A stretch of 63,994 nucleotides of DNA, the filler included, from Piptocephalis cylindrospora (lineage: Eukaryota): the NCBI GenBank assembly GCA_003614145.1. It is 5 parts of 5 records of this genome, joined end to end, with 100 filler letters (N's around TTAATTAATTAA, not from the genome) between each part and the next. Parts side by side here need not be neighbours in the genome. Positions count along the whole stretch, not along the records: positions 51,441 to 63,994 come from KZ987967.1; 4 more parts are not named here. One strand, given 5' to 3'. Shown here piece by piece: positions 63,941-63,994 of this stretch. The notes below the pieces were generated by a model. The model was given only the letters and a program-made list of their open reading frames with translations, had not been told where the DNA came from and did not search any database. The number at the start of each line of letters is the position of its first letter. Positions within the stretch are counted from its first letter, which is position 1. Both the position numbers and the translations under genes were made by a program.

Positions 63941-63994
<54 letters not shown>
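59804..63994 (-). repeat. right arm of the 4191-bp inverted repeat, ending with C53
   Basis: reverse complement of 51441-55631; C run 63942-63994 mirrors G run 51441-51493. Confidence 0.97.
62109..63096 (+). CDS. SFT2: Sft2/Got1-family vesicle transport membrane protein, six exons
   Basis: exons 62109-62312, 62385-62438, 62549-62634, 62705-62822, 62883-62941, 63003-63096 give [15 protein letters not shown]...[13 protein letters not shown]...[18 protein letters not shown]...[13 protein letters not shown]. Confidence 0.9.

Noticed and set aside
51441..63994. Giant TIR transposon or fungal linear plasmid
   Set aside because: No transposase, integrase, or protein-primed DNA/RNA polymerase ORF; the arms contain an intron-bearing nuclear housekeeping gene; no flanks to test for a target-site duplication.

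Overview
Eukaryotic DNA with short GT-AG introns, most consistent with an early-diverging fungus (taxon inferred from gene content only). The window is five unrelated, length-sorted contigs (1-12825, 12926-25675, 25776-38519, 38620-51340, 51441-63994) joined by artificial 100-nt spacers (N44-TTAATTAATTAA-N44), so adjacency across spacers means nothing. Housekeeping genes: TRM140/METTL2, a Sec7+PH Arf-GEF, DEK-like, SPC25, HRQ1, SCS2/VAP, partial MLP1/TPR, EMW1/TTC27, CDC45 and SFT2 (two mirror copies). The most interesting items are: (i) a spliced MINDY-family deubiquitinase homologue that appears to lack its catalytic Cys, His and oxyanion Gln; (ii) a last contig that is a palindrome, with 4191-bp inverted arms capped by G53/C53 around a 4.17-kb loop carrying an AA11-like LPMO with a CBM19-like module and a secreted beta-trefoil-like protein (amplification or assembly artefact is the leading explanation); (iii) an SLC26 transporter with no STAS domain; (iv) a 7TM-RGS fusion; (v) orphan 11-aa-repeat and secreted proteins. 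All assignments come from motif recognition by eye; no searches were run.
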